Source: Octopus sinensis (lineage: Eukaryota). Taken from it: a stretch of 64,000 nt of DNA. A program made the translations under genes and the position numbers. Shown here piece by piece: positions 24,895 through 38,264 of the stretch. The stretch spans positions 163,866,001-163,930,000 of the forward strand of contig NC_042997.1 of NCBI RefSeq assembly GCF_006345805.1, read 5' to 3'. The notes beneath the pieces are model-generated. The model was not told the DNA's origin and made no database searches. It saw only the letters and a program-made list of their open reading frames with translations. Every line of letters starts with the position of its first letter. Position 1 is the stretch's first letter.

Positions 24895-25671
24895 CATCCG
24901 ATCGTGGCCGTTCGCCAGCCACATCTGGCACCTGTGTCGGTGGCACATAAAGACACCATCCGAAGACCCGGCGACGTAGACAGTCCACCTGTGCATACCT
25001 TCCTTCTTGTGACACTTGTGAAGACCTGTTGAGGCAAGTGACACTTGTGAAGACCTGTTGAGGCAAGTGAAAATCAAATCAAATCAAAACAAATCAAAAA
25101 TCAAAATAGATGAGCATAAATGGAATTTGTATCTTTGTGGTACCAGTGCCGGTGGCACACAAGAAAATCATCCGAACGTGGCCGTAGCCAGTACCGCATA
25201 GACTGGCCTCCGTGCTTTGGGACGTAACAAACACCATCCGATCGTGGCCGTCCGCCAGCCTCATCTGGCACCTGTGTCGGTGGCACATAAAAACACCATC
25301 CGAGCGTGGCCGTCTGCCAGCTCGTCTGGCACCTGCCAGCCTCATCTGGCACCTGTGTCGGTGGCACATAAAAACACCATCCGAGCGTGGCCGTCTGCCA
25401 GCCTCGTCTGGCACCTGTGTCGGTGGCACATAAAAACACCATCCGAGCGTGGCCGTTCGCCAGCCTCGTCTGGCACCTGTGTCGTGGCACATAAAATCAC
25501 CCACTACACTCTCGGAGTGGTTGGCGTTAGGAAGGGCATCCAGCTGTAGAACACTGCCAGATCTGACTGGCCTGGTGCAGCCTTCGGGCTCCCCAGACCC
25601 CAGTTGAACCGTCCAACCCATGCTAGCATGGAAAACGGACGCTAAATGATGATGATGATGATGATGATGAT
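24895..25671 (+). mobile_element. Young RTE-3'-derived element with CpG-rich ~50-bp tandem array and (ATG)n tail
   Basis: Repeat unit catccgagcgtggccgt.cgccagcctcgtctggcacctgtgtcggtggcacataaaaacac, followed by the shared RTE terminal module. Confidence 0.85.
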
Positions 25672-26476
25672 ATGTATTGTAAACAAACTTATGAGCACTG
25701 AGTGAGTTGGTATTCTACAAAAAATAAAAGAATTCTTGAACATAGGATGGCTGTGAAGACAGCTTAGAAAATTGGATAAGTACCCTTTAGAAGATGGAGA
25801 AAAGTGACCAGCAAGCCTCTACAGAGAATCAAACCCTGTATTTCTCAAATTCCATCTGTATGTGTGTGTGTGTGTACATGACAGGCTTTCACACAGTTTA
25901 TATCTACCAAATTTACTCACATGGCACTGGTCAGTACAAGCTTTAGAAGATATTTGTCCAAGATGTTACTTGGACTGAACCTGAAACCATGTGGCTGCAA
26001 AGTAAGCTTCTTAACCACTCAGCCATGCCTGCACCGGTTATTATTTGGACATTTATTTCTTACTTCCAAACCTATTTTCGATTCAGATATTACAATATCT
26101 TTACTGCACTCACATGATTCTCTAATCACTAATTCATACCTTTATCTAATGCTTCTTAAAAGTAACTGTCCCCTTCACCTAGGCACAAAGGCATTATGCC
26201 TCTAAAGGAGAAGCAATTCTAAAGACATTAGCAGTGTGAAGCAAAATAATTTCAACTAGAAACTGAAATTGCATTGCAGTTGTTTGTTGAAAGGATACCT
26301 CTTATTCTATGTTCATATGATGTCATACACAACTATATCACCATGCTTGTTTAGTCATTCAAGTTGGCTAATTGATCATTTCTTCTGTTAAATTCTTTAC
26401 TGTTTTACACATACTGTCAAATGTACTTCCTTTTCAACACTGCTAAGAAGGTTAAATGGGTTGACAGAAATGATTC

Positions 26477-27290
26477 ATTTCATCATCATCATCATCCATG
26501 CTTCATTGTCTTTCTTCAATGTTGGCATGGGTTGGATGGTTTGACAGGATTCAACAGATTCAATGATGCTATCATACTCCACTGTCTACTTTGAAATGGT
26601 TTCTACAGCTTGATGCCCTTCCTAATATCAACTAATTTACAACACACACTGTGTGCCCTTTACACACCACCAGCAGTAGTGAGGTCATTATGCAGCTTGC
26701 AAGACAACAAACTCTGTGAGAGAGAGAGCAAGAAAACTTTATGTTTGGAGATGAGGGGTTAAAGTATGGAACAAGGAGTCAGAGCAGAATAGGTTTCTTG
26801 CTGTAGAGGGGCCACATGGCTACTCAAATTTTAGATGTGAGGGTGAGGGTGAACAGGGTAGAGCAGGGAAGAGTTAAAAATAGCAGAGATGAGGCTCTGT
26901 GTGGATCCTCAAGATACAAGGTAAGTGAATGGAGGGTGGTGCAGGTGAACCAGGAGTGAGAGTGAGTAGAGGTTGCAAGAGTGTGTGAGGGAATGAGAAA
27001 TAGGGAATGAGTGAAGCAGAGAATATAATGAATGAAGAACAAGTGTTGACTGGATGGAGAGGTAGGGAAGAGTAGGTGACAACTGTAAAGATTAAGTAGG
27101 GATGAAGGGTGGATGTAGTGGATAATAGGCAAGGAGTAGTGTTGATCAATGATAACAGGGGTGAAGAATAGCAGAATAGTAATAGTACCATAGACGGGGG
27201 AGGGGGGATGAAGATGAGTGGTTGGGAAGAGTGTGAGTGAAGGAAAGAGAAGAATGTGGGTAGTGGGGACAACATTAAGAATGATGGATG
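26477..27290 (-). mobile_element. RTE 3'UTR fragment, reverse orientation
   Basis: catcatcatcatc...gttggcatgggttggatggtttgacagg is the reverse complement of the terminal module, followed by purine-rich UTR. Confidence 0.7.
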
Positions 27291-27421
27291 AATATTAAAT
27301 GAACTGATACTTGGTAATGAGAAAGATTAGTGGTATCAAGGAAAAGCTACTGTTACAGAGATGAAGGGTGGTTGGCATGTCTAAGACTGGAATTTTGGCA
27401 AATGAACCAGTTGTGCATATA

Positions 27422-28731
27422 CAAGGTGTAGTCAAAAAGTATCCAACCTTTGGCTAAAAAAGTAATATTAAAAAACTCACCATTTTGATTTAGTCTCCTG
27501 TATTCGCCTTGGGAGTCTACTCACTTCTGCCAGCATTCCTGCCACGGCTGGAAACATTTCTGGAAATTACTTTTTGGGATGCTGTAGAGCTGTGCCATTG
27601 AATTTTGCTGAATATCTTCTGTGACTCAAATCTTCTCCTTTGAGTATTGTTTTGAGCTTTGGGAATAGCCAAAAGTTACACAGAGCCAAGTCTGGGGAGC
27701 GGGAAGCCTGATGAACGAGTGGTGTGTTTTGCTTGACAAGGAATGCTTGGATGATGTGAGCAGAATGAGTGACTGCCTTGTCATGGTGGAGTTACCAGTT
27801 CTTTGCTGCCCACAGGCCGGGTTGTTTTTGCTGCACAGCTTCATGAAGGCAATGAAGAATACCCAGGTAGCATTCTTTGTTGTCTGCCCTTGTGGTGCAT
27901 ATTCATGGTGCACAATACCTCTGTAGTAAAAAAAACAGATCATCATCAGTTTAACATCGCTGCACACCTGTCTGGCTTTCTTTGGTCTTGGCGAGGATGG
28001 ATGCTTCTACTGTGATGATTGCAATGCTGTTTTAGGGTCATAACCATACACCCATGTCTCATTGCCAGTAATGAAAGTGTTCATGAAGTTTTGATTTTGG
28101 CTAGCACACTCCAGCATGTAATGGGAAACTTCCTTTCTGTGGTCAGACAGAAACTTTGGTATGAATTTGGCCAACACCCTCCTCATGCACAAATCCTATG
28201 TTATAATTGCCTGAACTGACCCATGGCTGATTCCAACTTTGGCAACAATCTCCTCAATAGTCACACGACAGTTTTCATAGACTATTCCTCAAACCATTGC
28301 AATCCTTTTGTTGTTTCTGCTAGTCAATGGTCTGTCACAATGTGGCTCACTGTCCTCTGAGGAGTAGCCATCTTTGAACTGGTTGTACCACTCCTTTATT
28401 TATGCTTTTCCCATAGCATCAGCTCCAAAGGCCTTCTGAATCTTCTTGATAGTCTGGGCTTGTGTATCACCAAGTTTTTGGCAGAATTTGATACAGTATC
28501 TTTTCTCAGTGCACTTGGTCATTTTGACTCAAAAAAGAAAAATTTCACAGCACACTCTTCATGTCTGTACTCAATGTGTCACTGTAGGTGAATGGCACAA
28601 CCTACAGACATGAAAATTTTTGTGCATGCTCAGGAAGGACGCAGTCACCTAATACCCATGAAGATTTTGCTCACGCATTATCATTTTGTGCAAAAAAAAA
28701 TCAAGGTTGGATACATTTTGACTAAACCATG
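27422..28731 (-). mobile_element. Full-length (~1.31 kb) decayed mariner (Tc1/mariner) transposon
   Basis: The TIRs caaggtgtagtcaaaaagtatccaacctt and aaggttggatacattttgactaaaccatg differ at 3 positions and are flanked by TA. The transposase starts at ATG 28522 (MTKCTEKRYCIKFCQKLG...) and includes ITGNETWVYGYDP and GIVHHEY. It has stops and frameshifts. Confidence 0.92.
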
Positions 28732-29647
28732 TATATATAAACACACACAGTGTTTAGTTTTGATAAGTTGAGCAGGTCTTCTTGAGAACCACATATCACC
28801 AGACATCACGGTCACCTCTGTGAGGTCCAAGGTCTTGAGATCAGCTTTCTCTACTTCACCTCAAGTCTTTCTGGGTCTCTGCCTTCTCTAAGCTCCACTC
28901 ACATTAAGTGATTGGCATTTCTTTAAACAGCTGTCCTCGTATGACCATACCAATGCAGTTTTCTTTCCTGCACACTACATCTGATCTCTCTTATGCTGAG
29001 TTTTATGTTCAAGACATTTGTACTATATCATTCATACTCATATACATTACACATCGAATGGAGCAAGCTTGCTTCATTTCTTTCCAGTTTTCTTAAGTCC
29101 TCTGCATTCAAAGTCCATGTTTCATTACCAGACAAGAAGTTGTTGTCGTAGCAAAAATGGGTTTCTGTCAGTTTTCAACATGCAAATTCAGTTATCTTAT
29201 AATCTGAATTGCAAGGTCATTGAATTAGCATGCAAGTGGCTAAGTATCCCACATATTCATACATTCATAACACAATTATGGGTGTATGAGTAATTATGTA
29301 GAACCAGTGTATGACAAAACCATACTTTTGAACATGCAATCAATCCATCAGGCTTCCACACAGTTTCCAACAACCCAGTTTTGCTTACACGGTTTGGGTC
29401 AACCTGAGGCAGAGATAAAAGACACGGGCCAAAGATTTTAACATGGTGGGATGGAACCCAGGACCTTGCCATTGCCATACAGTTGAAATATACACATAAA
29501 AGTATACTACAATAGGAAGCATATGATGCCACCAACTGGGGGTAGGGCAGGTGATTGTGACATATAATTCATGGTTGGGGGCCAACTGTACAGTAAAACA
29601 TATTTCTAAATGGAAATGAACACATCACCTATGGATTCATCATACAC

Positions 29648-29681
<34 letters not shown>

Positions 29682-29687
<6 letters not shown>

Positions 29688-30018
29688 AGTCATCTAAAAG
29701 TTTTTGTGCATCTTGATGCTGACATAAGTTCCTTGTTTTTCCTGATGAGAAGGCGGCATAATTGCACCCCTTATTCCTTCGAAATTAGGAATATGCAGCC
29801 TTCGAAACATATGTCGAAAATAAAAGAATTTTGTTAATTTGTCGTTCAACTCCATTCTTTCATTTATTTGTATTTAAAAAAACACACAAATTTCCACACG
29901 AAAGCACGTGATCTCTGCCCTAGGCATGTAGCTTCAACCGTGTTTTTCTGACGTGAATTTGCTACCCAGGTATCAGTTAACCGAATTATCCATAATAAGA
30001 TAATTCATTCAACTACTC
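29682..30018 (+). mobile_element. ~340-bp element containing the canonical hammerhead, inserted in a (TA)n tract (Penelope pseudo-LTR-like or retrozyme-like)
   Basis: CpG-containing unique block bounded by (TA)n on both sides, with the ribozyme inside. The class is inferred. Confidence 0.55.
29737..29820 (+). ncRNA. Type I hammerhead ribozyme, canonical core, long stem II, palindromic stem III
   Basis: Stem I is UUUUC(29737-41)/GAAAA(29816-20). The core is CUGAUGA(29742-48). Stem II is GAAGGC(29749-54)/GCCUUC(29798-803), followed by GAAA(29804-07). Stem III is the self-complementary ACAUAUGU(29807-14), and the triplet is GUC(29813-15). Confidence 0.85.
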
Positions 30019-30083
<65 letters not shown>

Positions 30084-30439
30084 TATCAGTGATTAGGAAT
30101 AAATGAACTTTAGGTTCATTAAAATATGTGTGTGACATATTTTAATTTCCAAAGGCAAATTCACTGAAATTATTGTGGAGAAAAAAATTTTCTCTCATGG
30201 TAAAAGGTGTAACAACACTGCTTCTGGCCACTGGGAATCTGCTGGAGGGAAGATGTGGTGTTTTTACACCTTTTACCATTAGAGATAATTTGTTTCACCA
30301 TGGTAACTGCAGTGAATTTGTTTTTACAAGTATTTATTTATTTATTTAATTATTTATTTATTTATTATACACATACTTACTTGACAAGGAAGTCAAGATG
30401 GAAATTAAAAAGAGAGTATGAAATACAAGACAGTCTTAC

Positions 30440-30515
30440 CAAGGTCAGCTGCCCAGTGCAGAGCTGTTCGAAAATTGTTATCTAGTTGTGATACATTACA
30501 CGTCTCAAAAGAAGT
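30440..30515 (-). CDS. INVS: Inversin exon (76 nt, phase 0-1): TSFETCNVSQLDNNFRTALHWAADL-G
   Basis: Acceptor ctgttttatag|ACT and donor CTTG|gtaag. Matches inversin TSYESCNITSYDNLFRTPLHWAALLG and joins in frame with both neighbouring exons. Confidence 0.93.
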
Positions 30516-33385
30516 CTATAAAACAGAAAGACAGAAAGAAAAAAAAAAACACAACTAAAACCTGAATACAATTTTAACAAACAAAAACAATTAATAAACA
30601 TATAAAAACAAATGTTCAAATAAATCATATTGGTTGGTTATAAATAATTTTTCGTTGTTTGTTATTTATTTTATATAGTATTTTTTTTTTCATATAGGGA
30701 ACAGAATTTGATAGGAACAGCAAGTATAATTAATGATTTCATCTAAGATCAGTATGATAGGACAGTAAATGGAGCTGAGAGTAGCTGAAAGGTACTAGCT
30801 AAAATGCTGCATTGGATAAAAAAAAAAGAAGACAAAACAAAACAAAACAATCACAAAAAAAGCAAATGAAAATCAATGAATTATTGAATGGAAACCAAAT
30901 GACATATAAACGGTAATTCTCAGTTGCTGTGGAAAATGTAAAAAAGAAGAAGAGGAAACTAATCAGGAAATAGGAAACAGTTGAAGAAAGATGAATGAAG
31001 CATTCAATGAACGCGATAATGTGAGTGTTGAGTATTAACTCAACTAAAACTCATTGCAACAGAAAAGAACTAAAATGGAAACATGACTGAAATTAGTGCT
31101 TGGTCACATCCTAGGTGAGAAAACAAACATTTATGATCAATAATATCAATCAATAATGTCATGGTTTGATTTCAGGTAGATAAACATCTGAAGGAAAGGT
31201 AAATGCATTGATGTATATCTAATTGTTTATTTATTATATCTGTAGATTGATACACACACACGCATGCGCATACATACAAACACAGACACAGAATTTTTTT
31301 TAAATGTATAAAACAATCAAGAAACTAACTATACACCTATATGCACAAGGATTTATCTCTGGTAATGCATACACATCTTAGAAACACACAGTTTGTCAGT
31401 ATATACTCTGGTACACACAAAATTCTGTTTCTCTAAACCTACATCATTTAATACAGTTGTAGGAAAATATATAAATATGAAGCTAAACAACCATATCATT
31501 GATATGAATTAGAATTGCTATACCTAAATGGATAGAAGAGCTATTGACTTATATTACACAGCGGCTTGTTAAACATTGACAGTTATTTATATATATTAGT
31601 AAAAAAATAATTCAACCTATTTTCCCTTATCACATACATTGTTTCAAAAACTAATCTTCGAAGTTTGCATGTTTTTAATGGATCTTTTAAATACAATTTT
31701 TCCCAGTTGACCTGATCTTTTCATCACTTGGCCTTTTGAAGCCTAACATCCAGAGATATGAACTCTCTACATAATCCTTGGTCTTTTGCTCCCACAGGTA
31801 TCTTTCACTGATAGCATGCAGCATTCATTTGTAAATGCTCATAATAGCTCAGTCATCCATGCTGCAAACATCGACAAATACATTTAATGCCTTGCTGCTC
31901 TCCTAGCTTACTTATACTTCACCTTTTGTACAAGCCAACATCACACATCCAACAAATAAGGCTCGCTTCAATTATCTCCAACTTATGCGGAACTAAAGTA
32001 ACCAATTCCCAGGTCACACTAGCATGAAGCATCACACTCCTTAAAGGATGAACATAGTCTGAGAGAGAGGAAAATGAGAGACCCTTTATTGCCTAAAGTG
32101 ACAACACCTCTCTGACTGCCTTTCACCACCTCTTTAGCTATCATGTTCACATTACAAAAATCTCTAGCACTAATAATGTCACCTAAATAGCAAAAACCTA
32201 TCAAATACTGCTAGTAGGTCATCTCAGCAGTTCATTGGTTCATAGAGTCCCTTTCATGAATGCCTCTACTACTAATTATTTCTATAGCCTTTATTCTCTG
32301 CTAGTCTAACTGAGATTCAAACATATGCTTATATAACAGCATCTTGGAATTTGAGAGGAGTAACATTCTGGAGAGTAAGGATTGAGCATAGTGGTTAGGG
32401 TAAGATCTGAGACACTATGGCTGAACAAAAGGAAGAGAGATGAAGGAATAAAGTAGAAAAAGACCAGCTACCCCCAAAGAGAAGAGGTTACAGTTGTAGC
32501 AGCAGAAACTCAGAAAGACAGGGAGGAAAGAGAGAAAAGTGTGTGAGAGAGAGAGAGAGAGTGAGAGTGAGAGAGAGAGAGAGAGACAGAGAGAGACAGA
32601 GAGACAGACAGAGGGAGAGAGAAGTGTTCATCTGTGGATTCAATTTTTTTTTATATCCATTAGTGAATACACTGAATGATTTTTCATCCTTAACCTGTCA
32701 TGTCATAATTTCTTACAATAAAAACATAATGCAGAAATAAAGGAGATTTCAAGAATGAAATATACTTATGTCTGTGATTTATCACACTCAACAGATTAAA
32801 GAATTTGATTGACAATTGAAATTGAAATTATTTTATCATTTATCACTAAGAAACATGAACAGTAAAAGAACTCAACAATTTTAAATATTGTCAGTGAAAA
32901 CCCTAATACAGGCCTTACATTTGCCAATTTGGTATGGCTTTTAACTTTATTTTAGTTATACACATACACACTTTCTCTAGAACTCTTTTCATTTCTTTCA
33001 AATGAAAGATCTCATCTAAAATGTTTTACCTGTTGGTTTTGAGAGTTTTTTCCCTGATGACACATTAATATACTCTTTGTTCATATGTCTCATTCATACA
33101 TGCTTAAAACACTTCAGCCACTGGCCCACAGACATGCTGTCCCTTCATTCTACCACAACTGTTAATGGTCTCTACTCTTTCAAGCTAACAGATCTTGTGT
33201 CACCACCAATCAGGCCCACCTAACTCATTAGTTTCTCATTTCTTAATCATCCACATTCTATCTACTCCAACACCCATACTAACCACTAACCCAGTTGTTA
33301 CTCCAGAAAATATTAACTCTCTGGAATTCTTTTCCTGCCTGTGTATTATGTGTAACCCTCAACTAGCAGCTTCTTATGTAGAACA

Positions 33386-33614
33386 TTAACTCTTTAGTGT
33401 TTAAACTGGCAAAATCCGGCCCAATATATTCTACATATTTTATACTCAAAGTGGCCATATCTAGCCTCTCACACCTAACCTACATTGACATTCTAAAAAT
33501 AAACTATCACATCATTGAAACCTCAAAGCGATAAGGTAATACATGATTAATTCAAAACAATTTAAATAAAAAAGCCTTACATTTAACAGAGTAATCTGAA
33601 CACTAAAGGGTTAA
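33386..33614. mobile_element. piggyBac-like MITE (~225 bp)
   Basis: Ends ttaactctttagtg and cactaaagggttaa, with TTAA on both sides. The interior is homologous to 9411-9637. Confidence 0.75.
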
Positions 33615-35507
33615 CATTATTTCCCCTATATCTGAGAGGGTCTGTGAATGCTGAGTAAAACACCTTCCTCAAGAATAAACTATTAAAAACAAAAGGAAAA
33701 AAATATGAATGACTATGTTCATTTAATGTCCTTACTCCATTTAGCAAAATGATGACCAGGAAGCTACCTCAATTGCTAAATATTTGCAACATCCAAATCT
33801 ATCTGAGCTGAAATAATATAACCAAATTTGTAGAATCCTCCACTCTACAACTATTTGGAAAAAGGTGGAGAGCCATTATCTGAAATTCCAATAATATTAA
33901 TAAATCTCTTTGGATTTTAATCAGAAAATAACAATGACCAGAATGATTAAGATAAAACCCTTCAAAACTTTGGTCATCAAACTTCCTTTAATTTAAAATA
34001 TGAATAGTTTCAGCAACAATATAACTTCCTATACCTACTTTATCAAAATTGCTCCGCTATTATTTCTGAATCACAACTATGTTTGACATCATACTAGCCT
34101 TCAGTTACTTCCACCAATACTTAAACAGTAGCTAATTTCACATTACACAGTCTTTAATATCTACATGATTACTATAATAAATTCGATTAAATTGATTTTT
34201 TGAATGGAAATTTGTTAAGATGATGAGGTGGGAAGCTAGCTAATAGCTAAATATGAACTTCTGTATAAGATTTATATCTAATTTGCCAATTTATAAATCA
34301 GCAGTTTCTAAAAGATTGTTAGTTGTAGTTGACCAACAAGTTGATGTGATGAAGGAATGACAGTTGAAGTGTTGGTTAGTAGTTCATATTCTCTCATTTC
34401 TATTGTGCTACATCAGTAGTTGTGACAACATTCAGTGGCTTGGCATGCTTAATAAATAAACTGAAGAGAGAAGGTAGCCACTACATTGTTGTTTAACTAG
34501 TTAGTAGTAGCAACTAAATCTCACTCATATCACATCCTAATATCTTAGAAAAGAACACATTGGCTAATGTAGTTCAATGATCTGTGTATGGGAAAAGACA
34601 GGATGGTGGTGACTGGAATATCTTTGAGCATAATTGTGCTCCAACTCTAATTGGGATTCCAACCATGACTAGGTGTAACTCATTAATCTGTTATTTCAGA
34701 TATACCAATCTCTGTTGAGTTGAAGACCAAAGTGCACACTCCAATATACAGCGTTACAGTCTGAACATGTATTTTGTCTACCTTCCTGTCTGTTTCTGTA
34801 CTGCTGTACATGTTAAAGCTAAATTTGATGAATTTTTATGTCTCCATTTTTCAGGAACAGCTTGATGTATTAATGAACAGTCAATAATGTTGGAGATGAT
34901 AAAGATTAAAGTTGTAGTTGAAGAAAAGTTGGCTGACACGGAGGGCTGTAAGCTATTTGAATATTGGAAAATCATTACCTGTATCACGATGATTCAAAAT
35001 AAATATCAAAATACCAACATCATGACTGCTATTCAATGCTCTGTGAACTCTGTAAAGGCTGTAAGATGTGACATGGACATCTGTAATGGAGACTACTAAG
35101 CCTCAGCCAGCAGGAAAGAACACAGCAGGTATTCTAATTATGTTTGCATGCAGGAAGTCATCTAGCAACTGCAGGACAAGGTGATAGAAAATTTGAGCAA
35201 GAAAATCTGGGCTTTGATGAGAGAAAGATGGGTGTTGGAGTAGCTACCATGAAGTTGGCCCTGAATGGGGATCTTCACAATTACTTGTAAAAGTGGTGTA
35301 AGGGGGAAATCCTAACAGTCAAGGCCAAGGAAAACTGTTTGATAAAGGCAAAGAAGCTGAGGATCCTATTGAGCTGGGGATGATTCGGTTCTTCCCAGAG
35401 GAAAAGAACTCCTGCCAGATCAGTTGTACAACACCCAAAACAACTGGTGGCTTGCCTACAATAAATGTGAAGTCCCATGTGTCATGTAAACCAAGTTCCC
35501 CCAAACT

Positions 35508-35888
35508 GTGATAGCCTGTGGGAGTGTCTCCAGTGACAGTGACGTCATGCTACCTCTCATCTTTGAACAGGACCTTTGGCTCAATTCAGATGGCCATGTA
35601 AAGCTGCTGGGAACTGTGGTCAAACCCTGGCTAGAGAGGGTTACTGCTGGAAGGCCATATGAGTGACAACAGGATTTGACTCCTTACCTTACCTTTGCAA
35701 AGAGTCAGAAGTGGTTGTTGGAGAATTTCTATAATTTCACCAGCTCCAGATTGTGGCCTCTCTGTTCCACCGATTGCAATTCAATGGATTACTATGTGTG
35801 GGGCATGGTTGAGAAAGACACCAACAACTCCGCTTGCAACACAAAGGCTGAGCTGGTGGCCAAGATCAAGGAGGTGTTTGACGTCCTG
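35508..35888 (+). mobile_element. Tc1/mariner-superfamily (DD37D/maT-like) transposase fragment
   Basis: ORF 35676..35891 contains SQKWLLENF...WPLCSTDCNSMDYYVWGMVE, a degenerate WPP.SPD.NP.DY.VW. The upstream frame has VKPWLERVTAGRPY. Confidence 0.75.
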
Positions 35889-36679
35889 TAGATTCTGGTG
35901 TGAGCCACAACAGAGCTGGGTAAAGTGGATTCTCAAAAAATATCAGTTGTTTTCCCTTTGTATCAATCATTTGTAGTGTGCATGCTAGCACAGTCTTGAT
36001 GCAAATGGTATCTGTGTTTGTATTCTATTTGTATCTGTGTTTGTATTCTATAGGAGAAAATTTACATTTTTGAAGTTTGTATTTTTACATTAATCACAAT
36101 TGTGTGCCATTAGTCATTATCATGAAATCAAAATTTTCATGGTTTGATTAGTATTCAAACCATAATTACTCTGTCTTTGTTTCTGATATGCTATATTCAA
36201 GACTACTTCCATATATTCCTCTATTATTAAGATAGTAGGGTCAACTTTGAAAGAAATTGAATCAAAACAGAAGTGCTCACATTGGCTCAGAGTAATATAG
36301 CTCAACATTAAAGCCTGTGAGAACACTATAAATCCGTTTAATGTTTTATTAGCTTAAAATCCAAAGTTTAAAATTTCATGGGTTTCATTTAGAACTGGAT
36401 GGACATCACCAGGATAAATGCACAACATAAAGAGGAAGTTTACTATGTTGCTCCAATGAGATTCTCCAAGCATAAATATTCAGTGATGCTCTAATGAGAT
36501 TTTTCATGATCAAAAAGAAAATTGTGTGAAATTATAATGAAATTTGAGTGAGCATTGACTGCATTGTAGTGAAATGTCTCTGTAGTGTGGAGCCAAAATG
36601 CTTTCCTAAAATCCCATGCTAAGATTCTTCGAATCTAATGTATTCATTAATATCAAAAATAAAAAATTTAATCACTCAC

Positions 36680-36778
36680 CAGTACTTTGACAACTGCTTC
36701 ATTGCCATCTGCTACAGCTAAATGTAAGGCTGTTCTCCCCTCATAATCCTGCCAATTGATTACACTAGGAGCAGTTTC
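36680..36778 (-). CDS. INVS: Inversin exon (99 nt, phase 0-0): ETAPSVINWQDYEGRTALHLAVADGNEAVVKVL
   Basis: Acceptor tttcttctacag|GAA and donor CTG|gtgagt. The translation matches vertebrate inversin as I recall it (DAAPTESLLNWQDYEGRTPLHFAVADGNVTVVDVL). Not in the ORF track. Confidence 0.93.
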
Positions 36779-37415
36779 CTGTAGAAGAAATGTATATAGA
36801 AATATATATATAGGAAATCTTGAATGCAGAACAGCTGTGAATACAGCTTAGAAGATTGGGTAAATACCCTTTAGAAGACAGATAAAAGTGGCCAGCAACC
36901 CTGCAACTCTCAAGTTCTGGCTGAACACTTTGTAACATTAAGCTAAGTGACCCCTTTCCTCCTTCTGGAATTTGAGAAGTCCAGGGTTCGACTCTCTGTA
37001 GTGGCTTTCTGTAAAGTACGAACTCATTTGGTACGTTAAGTTTGTTTATACACACACACACACATGAAGGTATGTATATGGATACAGTTTCAATTACTTG
37101 TTTACTGAATTAATGAGTAAATGGCTGGATATTTAACAATCATGTGTTTCCTTAAGATAAATCTCAGGTAGAATCAGTATGATAGTGTGTGGCATGGCTG
37201 TGCTTTTGAACCATCTGTCTGATGGTTCTCTCTATGGTTTCTATCTACACAGTTTCACTCATAAATTATGGATTGACCAGAAAATATAAACGATGACAAT
37301 TGCCTAAGATGCCACAATAGGATCTAACTTGAAACCTCATAGTTGTGAAGTGGACTTCTTAAACATTCAACAGTGTATGTTTGTGAGTATGTGTGTATAT
37401 GTGTAAATGTATATA

Positions 37416-38125
37416 TTGGGTCATCCCATAAATAATGCGGTTTTTTCAATTGTATGAACTAAAAGTCAGAGAGGGATGGGATAAACTGCCTGCATCAATT
37501 TGCTCTAAAAGCAGGTAGTACTTTTACCTTGTACTTATTCTTAATGCAAGTTTTGAAGAGTGCAGTTTGATTTCAACAGTTATTTTTTCAAAATTATTAT
37601 GGAAGTGACAAAGGAGTACATTTGGCATATTTTGCTTTATGAGTTCAATAAAAGCAATGATGTAATGGAAAGTGTGAGGAATATTAATGCAGTATATGGG
37701 GATCGGACAGTAAGTGTAAGCCAGTGTCGGCGGTGGTTCCAGAAATTCTGAGCCAGAAATTACAGCCTAGAAAATGAGCTCATCCATCCTGAAAGATCTG
37801 TAGAAATCGAAAAAGACATCCTGCAAATCCTGGTGAAACAAAATCCCATCATAACTGTTGAGGAACTAACAGAAAAGCTTGGACTTGGTCATTCAACCAG
37901 TCATTGAAGTCAGCGCTAGAAGAAAAGCAACCATCTTTCAAGACGAAAGGTATTCTTCCATCAGGTTAATGCTCGGCCACATAAAACAAGGATGACATTC
38001 CAAAGGCTTGAGCAGTTTGAATGAGAAACGATGCCCCACCCACTATTTTCACCAGACATTGTCCCATCAGATTATCATTTATTCTGCAGTCTTCAAAATC
38101 ATTTGGACTGAAAAAATATGAATTT
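37416..38125 (+). mobile_element. Internally deleted mariner transposon (left TIR, HTH region and part of the catalytic domain)
   Basis: TA|ttgggtcatcccataaataatgcggttttt TIR-like end. Translations include MEVTKEYIWHILLYEFNK...SVSQCRRWFQKF, then FHQVNARPH and MPHPLFSPDIVPSDYHLF. Confidence 0.88.
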
Positions 38126-38264
38126 AGCAGCCTTTCATAGTGGCACTTCCATGCCTCTTTCTTAGGAGAACCATTAACTGCAAGTGAATCATCATCCATG
38201 CAAACATACTTCTCTCCAGTGTCATAATTTTCTCTGCCACACTGTCTTGCAAACATTTTTTTTT

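Noticed and set aside
25210-25490. Regular ~50-bp repeats resembling a CRISPR array (also at 60770-60970)
   Set aside because: The units are contiguous with no unique spacers, there are no cas genes, and they sit in a eukaryotic retro-element 3'UTR.
29697-29858. 53-codon minus-strand ORF (MELNDKLTKFF...) over the hammerhead
   Set aside because: It is short with no recognisable homology, and the sequence is better explained by the RNA structure on the opposite strand.
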